Origin: Spirochaetia bacterium
GTDB taxonomy: Bacteria > Spirochaetota > Spirochaetia > DSM-2461
DNA: 64,000 nt
NCBI GenBank assembly: GCA_963666985.2
Contig: CAXXIA010000001.1
Coordinates: forward strand, 576,001 to 640,000
Direction: 5' to 3'
Made by a program: the position numbers and the translations under genes
Notes under the pieces: generated by a model
Databases searched by the model: none
What the model was told of the DNA's origin: nothing
The model's input: only the letters and a program-made list of their open reading frames with translations
Part shown: one piece after another, positions 29,841-40,298 of the stretch
Numbering within the stretch: the first letter of the stretch is position 1
How the letters are laid out: every line of letters starts with the position of its first letter

Positions 29841-30463
29841 CGGATATCCTTGGATATAATATCGGCCAATTCACCGATCTCTCGGTAGCGAAGTTTGAAA
29901 TAAGCGGTATTGGCGATGAGCCTGACCTTGATGTCGCTCATATGGGTAACAACTTCCAGACCGTTAGCTTTCAGAGTACTTCCTGTTTCGACAAGATCCA
30001 CAATATAAGGCGCCAGTCCCAGGGCCGGTGCGAGTTCGACGCTTCCGGCGAGTTTGATGATTTTCACGGGAATGCCGCGTTTATGAAACCACTCCCTGGC
30101 CATGCGGACGTAGCTGGTGGCGATGGTAACAGGTCCTCCGATTTTTTCGGGCGGAGGCGAACCTTCGGGAGCGGCGACGCAGAGACGGGTGCCTCCGAAA
30201 GGAAGCGACATGATGCGGGTAAACGAGAGACCGGATTCCGCCACGGTATCGTCACCGCAGATGCCGAGGCCGGCGATGCCGTGATGAACATAGGCCGGCA
30301 AATCGTGGTTTTTCACTTTATACACTTCGATTCGGCCGGTGCTGTCGAGCGCGGAGAGCTGCCTGCTGCCGAATGCGATATCCATGCCCCTGGAGGCCAG
30401 GTGGGTCATGACATCATCGAAAAGCCGTCCTTTCGGAATCGCGATCGTAAGAGGGCCGTTCAT
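29837..30463 (-). CDS. hisG: ATP phosphoribosyltransferase, short form
   Basis: Motifs IAIPKGRL, GSVELAP, IVDLVETGSTLKANGL; 208 aa with no regulatory domain. Confidence 0.95.
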   Translation of the reverse strand: MNGPLTIAIPKGRLFDDVMTHLASRGMDIAFGSRQLSALDSTGRIEVYKVKNHDLPAYVHHGIAGLGICGDDTVAESGLSFTRIMSLPFGGTRLCVAAPEGSPPPEKIGGPVTIATSYVRMAREWFHKRGIPVKIIKLAGSVELAPALGLAPYIVDLVETGSTLKANGLEVVTHMSDIKVRLIANTAYFKLRYREIGELADIISKDIR

Positions 30464-31569
30464 TTTGTCGTTCCTTCCGTCAAGACGACGCGCTGTCCCG
30501 AGCGGCGCCGCGTAACCGCGTTGGAATAGCGGGATTGGAAATCATCGCCTGCGGCCGCGGTTATCGGATCGCTGAGAACGGCTTGTGCGGCGAATCCGCT
30601 TAAAGGTTCGATTTTTCTCATGAGAAGGCAGAATCCGGCGGCCGGGATTTTAGGACCGAACGCTCCTAAGAGGTCGTCGTAGCGCCCGCCCGAGGCGACG
30701 GCCGCATTGGCGCCTTCAACGAAGGCTCTGACCGTGAAGCCCGTGTAATAGGGCTGTCCGCCGTGTTCCGAAAGGTCAATAAGTATTTTTTCTTCGGATG
30801 CCGCTCGGGAAAAGTCCGAGGCGAGGGCATTGAGTTCTTTAAGGGCTTTCCCGATTGAATCATCAAGTCCTCGGGATAAATCGGGAACGGCCGATGAGAA
30901 TTCTTCCGGAGTTCCCAAAAACAGCAGAAGGTCCGCCAGGCGTTCGGCATCGGGGATGGAGGCATCGGAAAGAAGCCGGCGCATTCCGTCTCTATCGCGG
31001 ATTTCAAGGAGTCTTCCGGCCGCAAAAGCGTCGGCGCGCCCGTCAAGAACACAATCCAGGACGGCCCGGGAGCCGATATGCAGTCTCCATGTCGGAAGCC
31101 TCATGGCTTCAAGCAGATCATGGAGCATCATCAAAATTTCAAGATCGGCGTCCCTTCCTTCAAGACCGAGCAATTCGGCTCCGGACTGGAAAAACTCGTC
31201 GCTGGAAATGTCTTCTTCTTCCTGGTGCCTGAGGATACTGTCGGCATACCAAACCCTTCTGGGCGGCGAATCTTCTTTCATGGTCAAGCCCATCTGTTTG
31301 GCGAGAAAAAGTGTAATGTCGGAACGGAGTATCAGCAGCTCTCCGTCTCTGTCGGGGAAGCGGTAGGTTCTTTCTTCCTGTTCCCGGTTAATCAGGGAAC
31401 GATACGTCTCATAATAGTCAAAAACCGGAGTTAAGACCGGAAGGTATCCCCAAGAGGTGAAATGGTCTTCGGTTAAGCGCAGAAGCTGTCTGTGGCGGTA
31501 GGCCTCTTCGTGAAAAAAGCCCTCCGTACCCTGCGGGGTTTTAAGCCGCCGTCTGTCGTTGGATTCCAT
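30460..31569 (-). CDS. hisZ: ATP phosphoribosyltransferase regulatory subunit
   Basis: HisRS-like fold (LRSDIT, EFFQSGAEL, YYTG, GGRYDDL) without an anticodon domain; coupled to short hisG. Confidence 0.92.
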   Translation of the reverse strand: MESNDRRRLKTPQGTEGFFHEEAYRHRQLLRLTEDHFTSWGYLPVLTPVFDYYETYRSLINREQEERTYRFPDRDGELLILRSDITLFLAKQMGLTMKEDSPPRRVWYADSILRHQEEEDISSDEFFQSGAELLGLEGRDADLEILMMLHDLLEAMRLPTWRLHIGSRAVLDCVLDGRADAFAAGRLLEIRDRDGMRRLLSDASIPDAERLADLLLFLGTPEEFSSAVPDLSRGLDDSIGKALKELNALASDFSRAASEEKILIDLSEHGGQPYYTGFTVRAFVEGANAAVASGGRYDDLLGAFGPKIPAAGFCLLMRKIEPLSGFAAQAVLSDPITAAAGDDFQSRYSNAVTRRRSGQRVVLTEGTTK

Positions 31570-31576
31570 GACGCCC

Positions 31577-31605
31577 ATTATGCCCGCCCTCGGAAAAGGG
31601 GTCTA
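31577..31605 (-). promoter_or_regulatory. sigma70-like promoter of hisZGB (TAGACC-N17-CATAAT), leaderless type
   Basis: The -10 box ends 7 nt before ATG 31569; no SD. Confidence 0.6.
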
Positions 31606-31703
31606 GGAGTCCGGGGTTTTGTAAAAAACAAGAAGGAGGCGCGCCTTGCTCCCTCTCCCCGAGGATTCCCGCAGGCCCTGTCGGATGCCATCGCCATCAT
31701 CAT

Positions 31704-33377
31704 TTATTGAGCGGCCGCCCAGGCCAGAACACCATTGGCGATCATCCCGGCATCCTGTTCCCTTAATTCCGCCGAACGCAGAGCCCAGGCATTCCGGGCA
31801 TAGTAAACATTGCGCGTTTCAACGAGGACTGCGGCATCGGCGGGATTTGAACGGAGAACGCGAATGTGCTGTCTTTTGATGAAAGAGCCGCTTCTCATAT
31901 GAGACGCCAGAGCCGAGGCCAGAGCCTGTGAACGTTCGGCTTCTTCATCGGTTTCGCCGTCGAACAGCACCGCCGTTCCCGCCGGCAGGTCCGGAGAATT
32001 GTCGGCGTGAAGACTGATGAAGAGAGTTCCCTTGTTTTTATCTTCAAAGGGGATTCTTCGAATGGTTCTCGACGCCACGGTTTTCCGCATATCCAATCCG
32101 TCGGCTGTTCCTACAGGCCTCCAGCCGGGACCGGCATTGTGCCGCCGGTCGTTATAGACTTCATTTTTCTTATTTACAAAGGTTTGCTGTGCATTGATGC
32201 CGTTTCGAATCGTATGATCCGGAGCCAGAGTGGTGAGAGAAACCGACGCTCCGTGACGGGTTAGGATGCGATAAAGTCTTAAGGCGATATCGTAGGCGTA
32301 TTCGTCTTCGGTTACCACCACGGGATTCCCGTTCCCGTCGTTAACCGAGACGATGGCGCCCGGATCCAGTCCGCCGTGACCGGGATCGAGAACGATGTGC
32401 AGGCCTCGAAGTTCATTGCCCAATGCCGGAAGTTCGGCGATTTCGGCTCTGAAGGCGGCATAGATTTTTCGTCCTCTCTCATAATCCTCAAGGACTGAAG
32501 AATCGGATTCTTCCCAGTAGCTGATATTCGGCTGAAAGGTTTTATCCGGTGATGAGTAGTAATATTCTCCGCAGCGGGGCGGAAAATCATCGGAGAACGC
32601 GGCATTTGAGCGAACGGATTCCTTCGGTTCGGAAAGGGATGTTGCGGCCGCTTCCACGGCGGCCAGTTCCACATGAGTGATGGAGGCGGCATCGGACGGC
32701 GGATCGATTCCCGGATAAAGAACAAGAATCTCTCCGGGATGGATCGTTCCTTTATCGGGAAGAGCGTTCCATAAAGCGAGGTCGGCTACGGGAATGCCGT
32801 ATTTATCGGAGAGAGACCAGAGAGATTCTCCGGGTTTTACCGTATGTCCTTCGGGTCTCGGAGCCTGAATCGCAAGAAGCTGCCCGATACGGATGGAATC
32901 GCCTTCGATTCCATTGTAGAGAGCCAGTTTCTCAGGCGATGTTTCAAATCTCGCGGCGATTTTCGTCAAATTGTCCCCGGAGCGAACACGGTAATATCCT
33001 TTGGGAACGGGCGGAGGAATCAGAAGACGCATTCCGATGGCTAAAGCATCGTTTTTAAGATCGTTCGCCGCGATGATTTCCTCCATGGGAACGCTGAACT
33101 CAAAGGAAAGAGCGGAAAGCGTGTCTCCCGGACGGACTGATATTTCCATGGCGCCGCCGGTGGGGATTTCAAGAATCTGTCCGGGTTTGATGACATCATC
33201 GTTCAAAGCGTTGGCCCTGAGGAGTCTTTCGAGGGAAACATTGTATTTCAGTGCAAGACCGTACAGGGTGTCCGAGGGTTCAACCGTATAGCTGAGAGCT
33301 TCCGATGGAATTGTACGGACGGCCAGCAGAGTCAGCATGAAAAGCGTGAAGGTGATATTTCGATATCGGAACGACAC
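31704..33377 (-). CDS. Exported N-acetylmuramoyl-L-alanine amidase (Amidase_3) with four LysM domains
   Basis: Signal peptide; four LysM starts (YTVEPSDTL, VRPGDTL, VRSGDNL, VKPGESL); LDPGHGG, E, ISLHAD and VLVE Zn/catalytic residues. Confidence 0.9.
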   Translation of the reverse strand: MSFRYRNITFTLFMLTLLAVRTIPSEALSYTVEPSDTLYGLALKYNVSLERLLRANALNDDVIKPGQILEIPTGGAMEISVRPGDTLSALSFEFSVPMEEIIAANDLKNDALAIGMRLLIPPPVPKGYYRVRSGDNLTKIAARFETSPEKLALYNGIEGDSIRIGQLLAIQAPRPEGHTVKPGESLWSLSDKYGIPVADLALWNALPDKGTIHPGEILVLYPGIDPPSDAASITHVELAAVEAAATSLSEPKESVRSNAAFSDDFPPRCGEYYYSSPDKTFQPNISYWEESDSSVLEDYERGRKIYAAFRAEIAELPALGNELRGLHIVLDPGHGGLDPGAIVSVNDGNGNPVVVTEDEYAYDIALRLYRILTRHGASVSLTTLAPDHTIRNGINAQQTFVNKKNEVYNDRRHNAGPGWRPVGTADGLDMRKTVASRTIRRIPFEDKNKGTLFISLHADNSPDLPAGTAVLFDGETDEEAERSQALASALASHMRSGSFIKRQHIRVLRSNPADAAVLVETRNVYYARNAWALRSAELREQDAGMIANGVLAWAAAQ

Positions 33378-33404
33378 ATAAGCCTCCCAGTCGTGTCATT
33401 TCCT

Positions 33405-33431
33405 TTATCGATTGAAGAAGGGGAGGATTTA
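33405..33431 (-). promoter_or_regulatory. Putative sigma28 (FliA) promoter, TAAA-N15-ATCGATAA
   Basis: Matches TAAA-N15-GCCGATAA spacing with 2 mismatches; 27 nt upstream of the amidase GTG, which has a GGAGG SD. Confidence 0.55.
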
Positions 33432-33483
33432 AGGAAAATCGTATTCGTTAAGTCGTAAAAAAGAGCCGCCGGACGCTTGGGAA

Positions 33484-34041
33484 TCAGTCGCCGCGGGTAT
33501 AAAACGCCAGCATGGAACGTCCGTAATTTCTTACGTCGAAGCGGTGAAGGCTTCCGATTACATCGGGAAGCGTTTCTTCCGAAGGATAATGAATCATCAG
33601 AGTGCCGCCCGGCGAAGGCTGGCCCGCCTTTTCCGCCAAAATAAGCAGGTTCTCCTTATTCTTCATCGGAAAAGGCGGATCGAGGTGCACCGTTTCGTAG
33701 CGCTCCATTCCCGGGCGGAGAAATCGTTCCGCCGGACGGATAATGACGCGGACGGCATCTTTCGTTACGGCTTGGGGCGAATTAAAGGCGATCGACAGAT
33801 TCTCCATGATGGTCCGCCGTTTCCCGCCGTCTTTTTCCACAAGGACGGCCCCCTCGGCTCCGCGGCTCAGAGCTTCCAGGGCGACGACGCCTGATCCGGA
33901 GAACAAATCCAGGAATCGTGTTCCTTCCAGATTCCCTAAGATTGAAAACATCGACTCGCGCATCCGGTCCATGGCGGGCCGGATTTCTCCCGGAGGACAT
34001 TTCACCGTTCGTCCGCGGTATTTCCCTCCCGTAATCCTCAT
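33484..34041 (-). CDS. rsmD: 16S rRNA m2G966 methyltransferase
   Basis: Motifs MRITGGKYRG, RPAMDRMRESMF, LDLFSGSG, EALSRGA, DPPF. Confidence 0.93.
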   Translation of the reverse strand: MRITGGKYRGRTVKCPPGEIRPAMDRMRESMFSILGNLEGTRFLDLFSGSGVVALEALSRGAEGAVLVEKDGGKRRTIMENLSIAFNSPQAVTKDAVRVIIRPAERFLRPGMERYETVHLDPPFPMKNKENLLILAEKAGQPSPGGTLMIHYPSEETLPDVIGSLHRFDVRNYGRSMLAFYTRGD

Positions 34042-34120
34042 ATGGCGGTTCCTTTCAGGTTTAAGCCCCGTCGAACAACGAACAAAACGTTCCTCTCGCG
34101 GTTATGTTTATCACCGAGTT

Positions 34121-36193
34121 TCATCCCGTACTCACCAAATCCTCATCAAAGGGCGGGCAGATCTCCCACAGCTCTCTTAAATTCCGCACACCCGATCCGA
34201 GCAGCCCCGGATCGGCTTTAAGCGTTTCGCGAACCTTATCTCTGGCTTTCAGCATTACGTTAAGATCGGCTACGGGATCGGCGATGGCGAGTTTGAGAAA
34301 TCCCGACTGCCGTGTGCCCGCCATGTCTCCCGGTCCTCTCATTTTCAGATCTTCCTCGGCCAATAAAAAACCGTCGGATGTTTCCTTCATGGCTTTCATC
34401 CGCCGTTTTCCATCGTCGGTTAAAGGCTCGGCATAAACGAGGAAGCAATAGGATTGTTCGCTTCCACGGCCCACACGGCCTCTGAGCTGATGCAGGGCCG
34501 AAAGTCCGAAGCGTTCGGCGTGTTCTATCACCATGCATGTGGCTTCGGGAACATCCACTCCCACTTCCACAACGCTGGTTGCCACCAGAAGGTCCAATCC
34601 GCCGTCGCGGAAATCCTTCATGATCCGTCTTTTCTCATCCTCGTCGATTCTCGAATGGATGAGCGCGGTTTTGAATTCGGGGAAGACTTGGGTTGAGAGC
34701 CTCCCGTACATGTTCTCGGCGTCTTTCAGGTTCGATTTCTCCGATTCTTCAATCAGAGGATACACGAAATACGCTCTGTTGCCGGAAGCCAGCTCTCTTC
34801 GGACGAAATCGTAGACTTTGTGTTCATTCCCCATGCGCGCCAGATGAGTTTCCACCGGACGCCGTCCGGCGGGCATGGTTTTGATGGATGATGTTTCCAT
34901 GTCTCCGAAGGCGGTAAGGGCCAATGTGCGCGGGATGGGAGTGGCCGAAAGGGCCAGAACGTCGACCGAATCGCCCTTGGAGGTGAGGGCGCGCCTTTGC
35001 TCCACGCCGAATCGGTGCTGTTCGTCCACAATCGCCAGTTCCAGTTTCTTGAATTGAACATCGGAACCGAAAAGGGCGTGGGTGCCGACGGCAAGATCCA
35101 CCGAACCTTCATTGATGGCATTGGTGAGCGATCTCCTGACGGCGCCCGATACATCACCGGTCAGAAAGGCGACTTTTACTCCCAGCGGTTCCAGAAGCCG
35201 GGCGGCGTTATCGGCATGCTGGCGCACCAGAAGTTCCGTGGGGGCCATGAACGCCGCCTGTCCTCCCGCGCCGATAACGCCCAGCGCGGCCAGAAACGCG
35301 ACGAGCGTTTTTCCGGAACCCACCTCTCCCTGAATGAGTCTCATCATGGATTTCCCGGCGTTTCTGTCGCTTCGGATATCATCAAGAGCACCGATCTGAT
35401 CGGAGGTAAGTTCGAAGGGCAGGTTTCTCAGAAGACGATCAATGAGGGATTCGTCCCAGATTTTTTTATTCTCAAGAGGTTTTCCGTTTAAATTCCGCCG
35501 CGCTACGGCGAACTGCAGATGAAAGAGTTCTTCGAAAATCAAAGCCCGCCGTGCCGTATCCGCATCGGAGGCTTCATTCGGGAAATGAATGGAAGAAAGG
35601 CAAGCGGATTTCCCGGGGAATGAAAAATCATGCATAAGGTCCGCCGGGAGTTCGTCTCTAATCCCCACGGCGTAGGAATCCAGCGCGGACCTAACGGCTT
35701 TGCGCAGGAGTCCCTGAGTCAGACTGCCGCCCAGAGGATAAATCGGCAGAATCCGGCCGAAATCCCGAGACTCCGCGTTTTCACCGTAGAGTTCAAAGAC
35801 AAAGGTGCCGGACTGAAGTTCTCCGAATTGATTCCGTTCAAAAGGACCGGTAAGGCGGATCTTTTTTCCCGGGGTGAGTTTGCCCGCCAGGGAATTTCGC
35901 CCGTAGCAGAGAAGAGACGCCTGATCGGAATCGTCGGCCACAATCACCTTGAGCGCCATTCCCTTTTTCCAATGGAAGGTTTCGTGACGAATCACCTCGG
36001 CGACGGTAACGGCCGGATGCGAGGAGGAAGAAAGAGAAAGCGGGACGGGATTTTTACGATCCTCGTATCGGTGCGGATAATGCTTCAGAAGCTGGGAGAC
36101 ATTGAACACTCCGAGGGCGGAAAGACTTTTCGCCGCCGCCGGGCCGACGCCGTCGAGGTTGGTAACAGGATGTGTCAGTTCTCCCAGAAACAT
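34121..36193 (-). CDS. recG: ATP-dependent DNA helicase RecG
   Basis: Motifs QGEVGSGKT, PTELL, DEQHRFGV, SATPIPRTL, HQLRGRVGRG, DLKMRGPG. Confidence 0.97.
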   Translation of the reverse strand: MFLGELTHPVTNLDGVGPAAAKSLSALGVFNVSQLLKHYPHRYEDRKNPVPLSLSSSSHPAVTVAEVIRHETFHWKKGMALKVIVADDSDQASLLCYGRNSLAGKLTPGKKIRLTGPFERNQFGELQSGTFVFELYGENAESRDFGRILPIYPLGGSLTQGLLRKAVRSALDSYAVGIRDELPADLMHDFSFPGKSACLSSIHFPNEASDADTARRALIFEELFHLQFAVARRNLNGKPLENKKIWDESLIDRLLRNLPFELTSDQIGALDDIRSDRNAGKSMMRLIQGEVGSGKTLVAFLAALGVIGAGGQAAFMAPTELLVRQHADNAARLLEPLGVKVAFLTGDVSGAVRRSLTNAINEGSVDLAVGTHALFGSDVQFKKLELAIVDEQHRFGVEQRRALTSKGDSVDVLALSATPIPRTLALTAFGDMETSSIKTMPAGRRPVETHLARMGNEHKVYDFVRRELASGNRAYFVYPLIEESEKSNLKDAENMYGRLSTQVFPEFKTALIHSRIDEDEKRRIMKDFRDGGLDLLVATSVVEVGVDVPEATCMVIEHAERFGLSALHQLRGRVGRGSEQSYCFLVYAEPLTDDGKRRMKAMKETSDGFLLAEEDLKMRGPGDMAGTRQSGFLKLAIADPVADLNVMLKARDKVRETLKADPGLLGSGVRNLRELWEICPPFDEDLVSTG

Positions 36194-36206
36194 GAAGCCG
36201 ATTCGA

Positions 36207-36800
36207 TCATATTTTCATCAGTATCGGATAGAGGTAGCGCATGAGCGCCCAGCCGACAAGGAGGCGGAGAATAATAAGAACGGCCGCGCAAACGGCCAGT
36301 GCAACGGGATAGGCTACCGTTTTGTTCGTGAATACTCCCAGAATCCTTGAAACACGGGGGAAGAGGAAGGCATCCAAACGATCAATCCATGTCGGACGTC
36401 CCTTTACGGTATAGAGCGTTACCAGACGGACGAGCATGATGACGGCGAAAAACATGACCAGGAACGCAACGATTCCCCAAACCATCTGGATAATCAGCAG
36501 GATAAGACTGCCGACGGTCGGAATACTTCCCGCCGAAAGACTTTGAGTCAGGTATAAGAAGAAACTTAAAATCGCGAGTCCCAGAATCGGCGAAAAATCG
36601 AGCATTCCGAAGCGAAGCCAGGAAATGTTTCGGAAGCGGTTCATGTACGGATCGGTGAGCCGGGCGATAAAGGCTTTGATTTTCTGTGTGCCTTCGGTTG
36701 ACGTGGGAACCCAGCTGAGAATAACCCTCACCATGATAATAAAGAAATACACCATCAGCAGGGCGCTGACGACACGCATTGTCAATTGAAAAAAGTCCAT
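36207..36800 (-). CDS. YggT family membrane protein
   Basis: Motifs RVILSW, LTDPY, LDFSPIL. Confidence 0.85.
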   Translation of the reverse strand: MDFFQLTMRVVSALLMVYFFIIMVRVILSWVPTSTEGTQKIKAFIARLTDPYMNRFRNISWLRFGMLDFSPILGLAILSFFLYLTQSLSAGSIPTVGSLILLIIQMVWGIVAFLVMFFAVIMLVRLVTLYTVKGRPTWIDRLDAFLFPRVSRILGVFTNKTVAYPVALAVCAAVLIILRLLVGWALMRYLYPILMKI

Positions 36801-36803
36801 ATT

Positions 36804-39800
36804 CTATTCCTTCCACGCCGCGGCCACGGCGCTTTTTTCTTTGATTCTTTCCAAAACGAAATCGTCCACAGCCAGTCCCAGCTGGTTCGAGGCTTTTATA
36901 ACGACTCGCTTTCCATTATCCGGAATGTGCAGAAACAAAGCACCGGGACCCGGAACATCCTGAAAGAAAGAACGTAAATCGATGAGTTCCTCTTCACTGA
37001 GCTCCATGTCCGCCAGTTCAACATGAACCTCCGGAGCATTCAAGGTTTTTAGTTCTTCCGGAGCTTTAATTTCTTCAACTTTAATTTGAGGATTATCTCG
37101 GCTGAGATCAACCTTGCCCGTAACTCCCACGATGGCGTCCTCAACCAGAAGATGTCCGAATTTTTCATATGTTCGGGCAAAAATCGTCAGTTCCACGGTC
37201 CCGTTGAAATCTTCAAGAACGGCGAAGGCCATCCTGTCACCCTTGCGGGTAATCAGGGTTCTCACATCTTTAATCAGGCCCAGGATTGTATACGGTTTAT
37301 CGGTGGATGAGCGTTCGATTTTCCTAATGTCCAAATTGACGGTCTTCTCCCATACGGATCTGTAGGAATCCAGGGGATGGCCGGAAACATAGAATCCCAG
37401 GTGTTCTTTTTCCAGCCGCAGAAGTTCGGCGTCGCTCCATCCTTCCACGTTTTCCCAATCAATTTCAACTTCGAGTTCTTCGGAGGCATCCTCGAACAGA
37501 GAGGTTTGTCCGACGGCCTCATCTTCCTTCTTTTTCAGGGCCGATTCGAGAACTTTATCAAGGTTGTGGAGAAGAACCGCACGGTTTCGGGATTCAATGG
37601 AGTCGAACAGACCCGCTTGGATGCAGGTTTCCAGAACCTTTCTGTTTGCCGCTTTGATATCGATTTTATCCAGGAAGTCCGGTAAATCGGTGAAGAGTCC
37701 TTTCTTTTCACGGGCCGAAATAACCGCATCGGCGGCGGCCTGTCCCATCCCGCGGATTCCCATCAGACCGTAAACAACCTTGCCGTCGGATACGGTGAAG
37801 TTGCGCTCGGAGATATTGATGTCCGGCGGAAGAATATCGATGCCTTGAGACCGGGTTATGGAGAGATACCCTTTCAGTTTGTCGGTATCGTTGATTTCAT
37901 TCGTTAAGTTGGCCGCCCAGAATTCCGCCGGATAATTCGCTTTGCAGAACGCGGTCTTGTAGGCCACCACCGCGTAGGCGGCCGCGTGAGATTTATTGAA
38001 TCCGTAGCCGGCGAAGGGTTTGAGCATTTCGAAAATATCTTTGGCCAGTTTTCTGCCGTAGCCTTTTTCCTCGGCTCCATTAAGAAAGTCGACCTCCATC
38101 TTGGCCATCTCTTTTTCTTTTTTCTTACCCATGGCCCGCCTGAGGATATCCGCTTTACCCAGGCTGAATCCCCCGATGATTTGAGCGACCTTCATAACCT
38201 GTTCCTGATAGACGATAACGCCATAGGTCGGTTTAAGAACTTCTTCAAGATCCGGATGAGGATAAGAGATTTTTCTTTTGCCGTTTTTTGATTCGACGAA
38301 TTGAGGGATGAACTGCATGGGACCCGGCCGATAGAGGGAGACCAAGGCGATTAAGTCTTCAATGCTCGAAGGCTTCGCGTCCTTAAGAATCTTCTGCATC
38401 CCCTGGCTTTCAAATTGGAATACGGCTTCGCTATGTCCTTTCCCAAGCATCTCGAAGGTGGCTTTATCATCTTCCGGGATGGATTCCAGATCAAATTCGG
38501 GTGTGTGTTTGCGAATAAGACGTTCGCAGTTTTTCAGAAGCGTCAGCGTCTTCAGACCCAAAAAGTCCATCTTGACCAGTCCGCAGTCCTCGATGATGTC
38601 CATGGTGAACGCGGTGATAACGTCGCCCGATTTCTGATCTTTAATCAGGGGAACATAGTCGGTAAGAACGCTTCGTCCGATAACCTTTCCGCAGGCATGT
38701 GTCGAAACATGGCGGTTCATTCCCTCCAGAACGGCGGCGATGTCGAAAAGTTCCTTATAGGTCCCGCCTCGGTCGTAGTATTCTTTGAGCTTGGGTTCCA
38801 CTTCCAGCGCCACGCTGACGTTTATTTTCCGTCCGTCGGGAGTTTTCCCCTCGGGAACAAGCTTTGTAATGGCGTTGGATTCGCTGAAAGGAACATCGAG
38901 AACCCGAGCGACATCTTTGAGAACGGCTTTGGTTTTGAGCGTTCCGAAAGTGCAGATACCCGCGACATTGTCGTGTCCGTATTTATCGTGAACGTAGTCG
39001 ATAACCTCGCCGCGTCTTTCGAAGCAGAAGTCGATGTCGAAGTCGGGCATGCTGACCCGTTCGGGATTGAGGAAGCGTTCGAAAAGAAGTTCATACTTTA
39101 AAGGATCGATGTCGGTAATTTTCAAAGCATAGGCGACGATGCTGCCCGCACCGGAACCTCGGCCGGGACCGACGGGAATGTCGTGGCGCCTGGCCCAGTC
39201 GATAAAATCCCAAACAATAAGGAAATAGCCTTCATATCCCATTTGAAAGAGAACGCTGAGTTCGAAATCGGCGCGCCGGCGAATGGCTTCCCATTCGGTT
39301 CCGTTTTCATCCGATGCCTCGGGGTATCGGTTTTTAAGACCTAAAGCCGTTAAGTGGCGGAGATAGGCCTCCGGATCGGCGAACTGCTCGGGAATCTCGT
39401 AATGGGGCAGAAGCGGGCCGGGCTGCGGGATGGTCAGATCGCATCGTTCCGCGAGTTTTACGGTGTTTTCAATCGCATCGGGAAATTCGGGGAACAGCTC
39501 CCGCATTTCTTCTTCGGTTTTAAAGTAGAATTCGGGATTTTCCGTTTTAAGCCTTTTTTGATCCGATTTCTTTTTGCCCGTGGAAATGCAGATAAGAACG
39601 TCTTGCGCGGAAGCATGATTTTTTTCCAGGAAGTGGATGTCGTTTGTGGCGATGATGGGAATCCCCGTTTCTTCGCCGAGCCGCCGCATTCCTTTACGGA
39701 CAACCTCTTCTTCGGGAATCCCGTGATTCATTACTTCCAGCCAGAAATCCCCTTCACCGAAAAGTTCCTTGTAAAAGAGGGCCTTTGATTTTGCTTTTTC

Positions 39801-40256
39801 CCAATCACCCGTAAGGATGGCCTGCGGAATCTCACCGGCGAGACAGGCGGCCGAACACATAAGTCCGGCATGGTAGGTTTTCAGCAGTTCGTCGTCGATG
39901 CGGGGTCTGTAATAGAAGCCTTCGAGATATCCCTTGGAGGTAAGAATCGTCAGATTCCGGTAGCCTTCTTCGTCTTTTGCGTAGAGGACCATATGGTAGT
40001 TTGTCTTCGTTGCGGATGAGGATTTTACGAAACGGCTTCCGGGGGCCACGTAGACTTCGCATCCGACAACGGGATTGATGCCCGCCGCATGACAGGCCTG
40101 TTCGAAGCGAAGCGCGCCGAACAGATTCCCGTGGTCGGTGAGGGCCAGATGTTTCATTCCGAGTGATACGGCTTTGCCGACATAGTCCTCAATACGGCAT
40201 GCGCCGTCGAGAAGCGAGTAATCGGAATGATTATGCAGATGGACGAAGCCGCTCAT
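36804..40256 (-). CDS. dnaE: DNA polymerase III alpha subunit
   Basis: Motifs FVHLHNHSDYSLLDG (PHP), GPGRGSGAGS, MPDFDIDF, KMDFLGL, FNKSHAAAY and a C-terminal OB fold; no intein. Confidence 0.98.
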   Translation of the reverse strand: MSGFVHLHNHSDYSLLDGACRIEDYVGKAVSLGMKHLALTDHGNLFGALRFEQACHAAGINPVVGCEVYVAPGSRFVKSSSATKTNYHMVLYAKDEEGYRNLTILTSKGYLEGFYYRPRIDDELLKTYHAGLMCSAACLAGEIPQAILTGDWEKAKSKALFYKELFGEGDFWLEVMNHGIPEEEVVRKGMRRLGEETGIPIIATNDIHFLEKNHASAQDVLICISTGKKKSDQKRLKTENPEFYFKTEEEMRELFPEFPDAIENTVKLAERCDLTIPQPGPLLPHYEIPEQFADPEAYLRHLTALGLKNRYPEASDENGTEWEAIRRRADFELSVLFQMGYEGYFLIVWDFIDWARRHDIPVGPGRGSGAGSIVAYALKITDIDPLKYELLFERFLNPERVSMPDFDIDFCFERRGEVIDYVHDKYGHDNVAGICTFGTLKTKAVLKDVARVLDVPFSESNAITKLVPEGKTPDGRKINVSVALEVEPKLKEYYDRGGTYKELFDIAAVLEGMNRHVSTHACGKVIGRSVLTDYVPLIKDQKSGDVITAFTMDIIEDCGLVKMDFLGLKTLTLLKNCERLIRKHTPEFDLESIPEDDKATFEMLGKGHSEAVFQFESQGMQKILKDAKPSSIEDLIALVSLYRPGPMQFIPQFVESKNGKRKISYPHPDLEEVLKPTYGVIVYQEQVMKVAQIIGGFSLGKADILRRAMGKKKEKEMAKMEVDFLNGAEEKGYGRKLAKDIFEMLKPFAGYGFNKSHAAAYAVVAYKTAFCKANYPAEFWAANLTNEINDTDKLKGYLSITRSQGIDILPPDINISERNFTVSDGKVVYGLMGIRGMGQAAADAVISAREKKGLFTDLPDFLDKIDIKAANRKVLETCIQAGLFDSIESRNRAVLLHNLDKVLESALKKKEDEAVGQTSLFEDASEELEVEIDWENVEGWSDAELLRLEKEHLGFYVSGHPLDSYRSVWEKTVNLDIRKIERSSTDKPYTILGLIKDVRTLITRKGDRMAFAVLEDFNGTVELTIFARTYEKFGHLLVEDAIVGVTGKVDLSRDNPQIKVEEIKAPEELKTLNAPEVHVELADMELSEEELIDLRSFFQDVPGPGALFLHIPDNGKRVVIKASNQLGLAVDDFVLERIKEKSAVAAAWKE

Positions 40257-40298
40257 GTTTTTCTCCCGGGATTATGATATGCGGGCACCGGCATTCTG

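Noticed and set aside
30460..31569. A second histidyl-tRNA synthetase
   Set aside because: It lacks the anticodon domain and is coupled to short HisG, so it is HisZ.
36804..40256. Intein or split in dnaE
   Set aside because: Normal length (1150 aa) with continuous motifs and no intein signatures.
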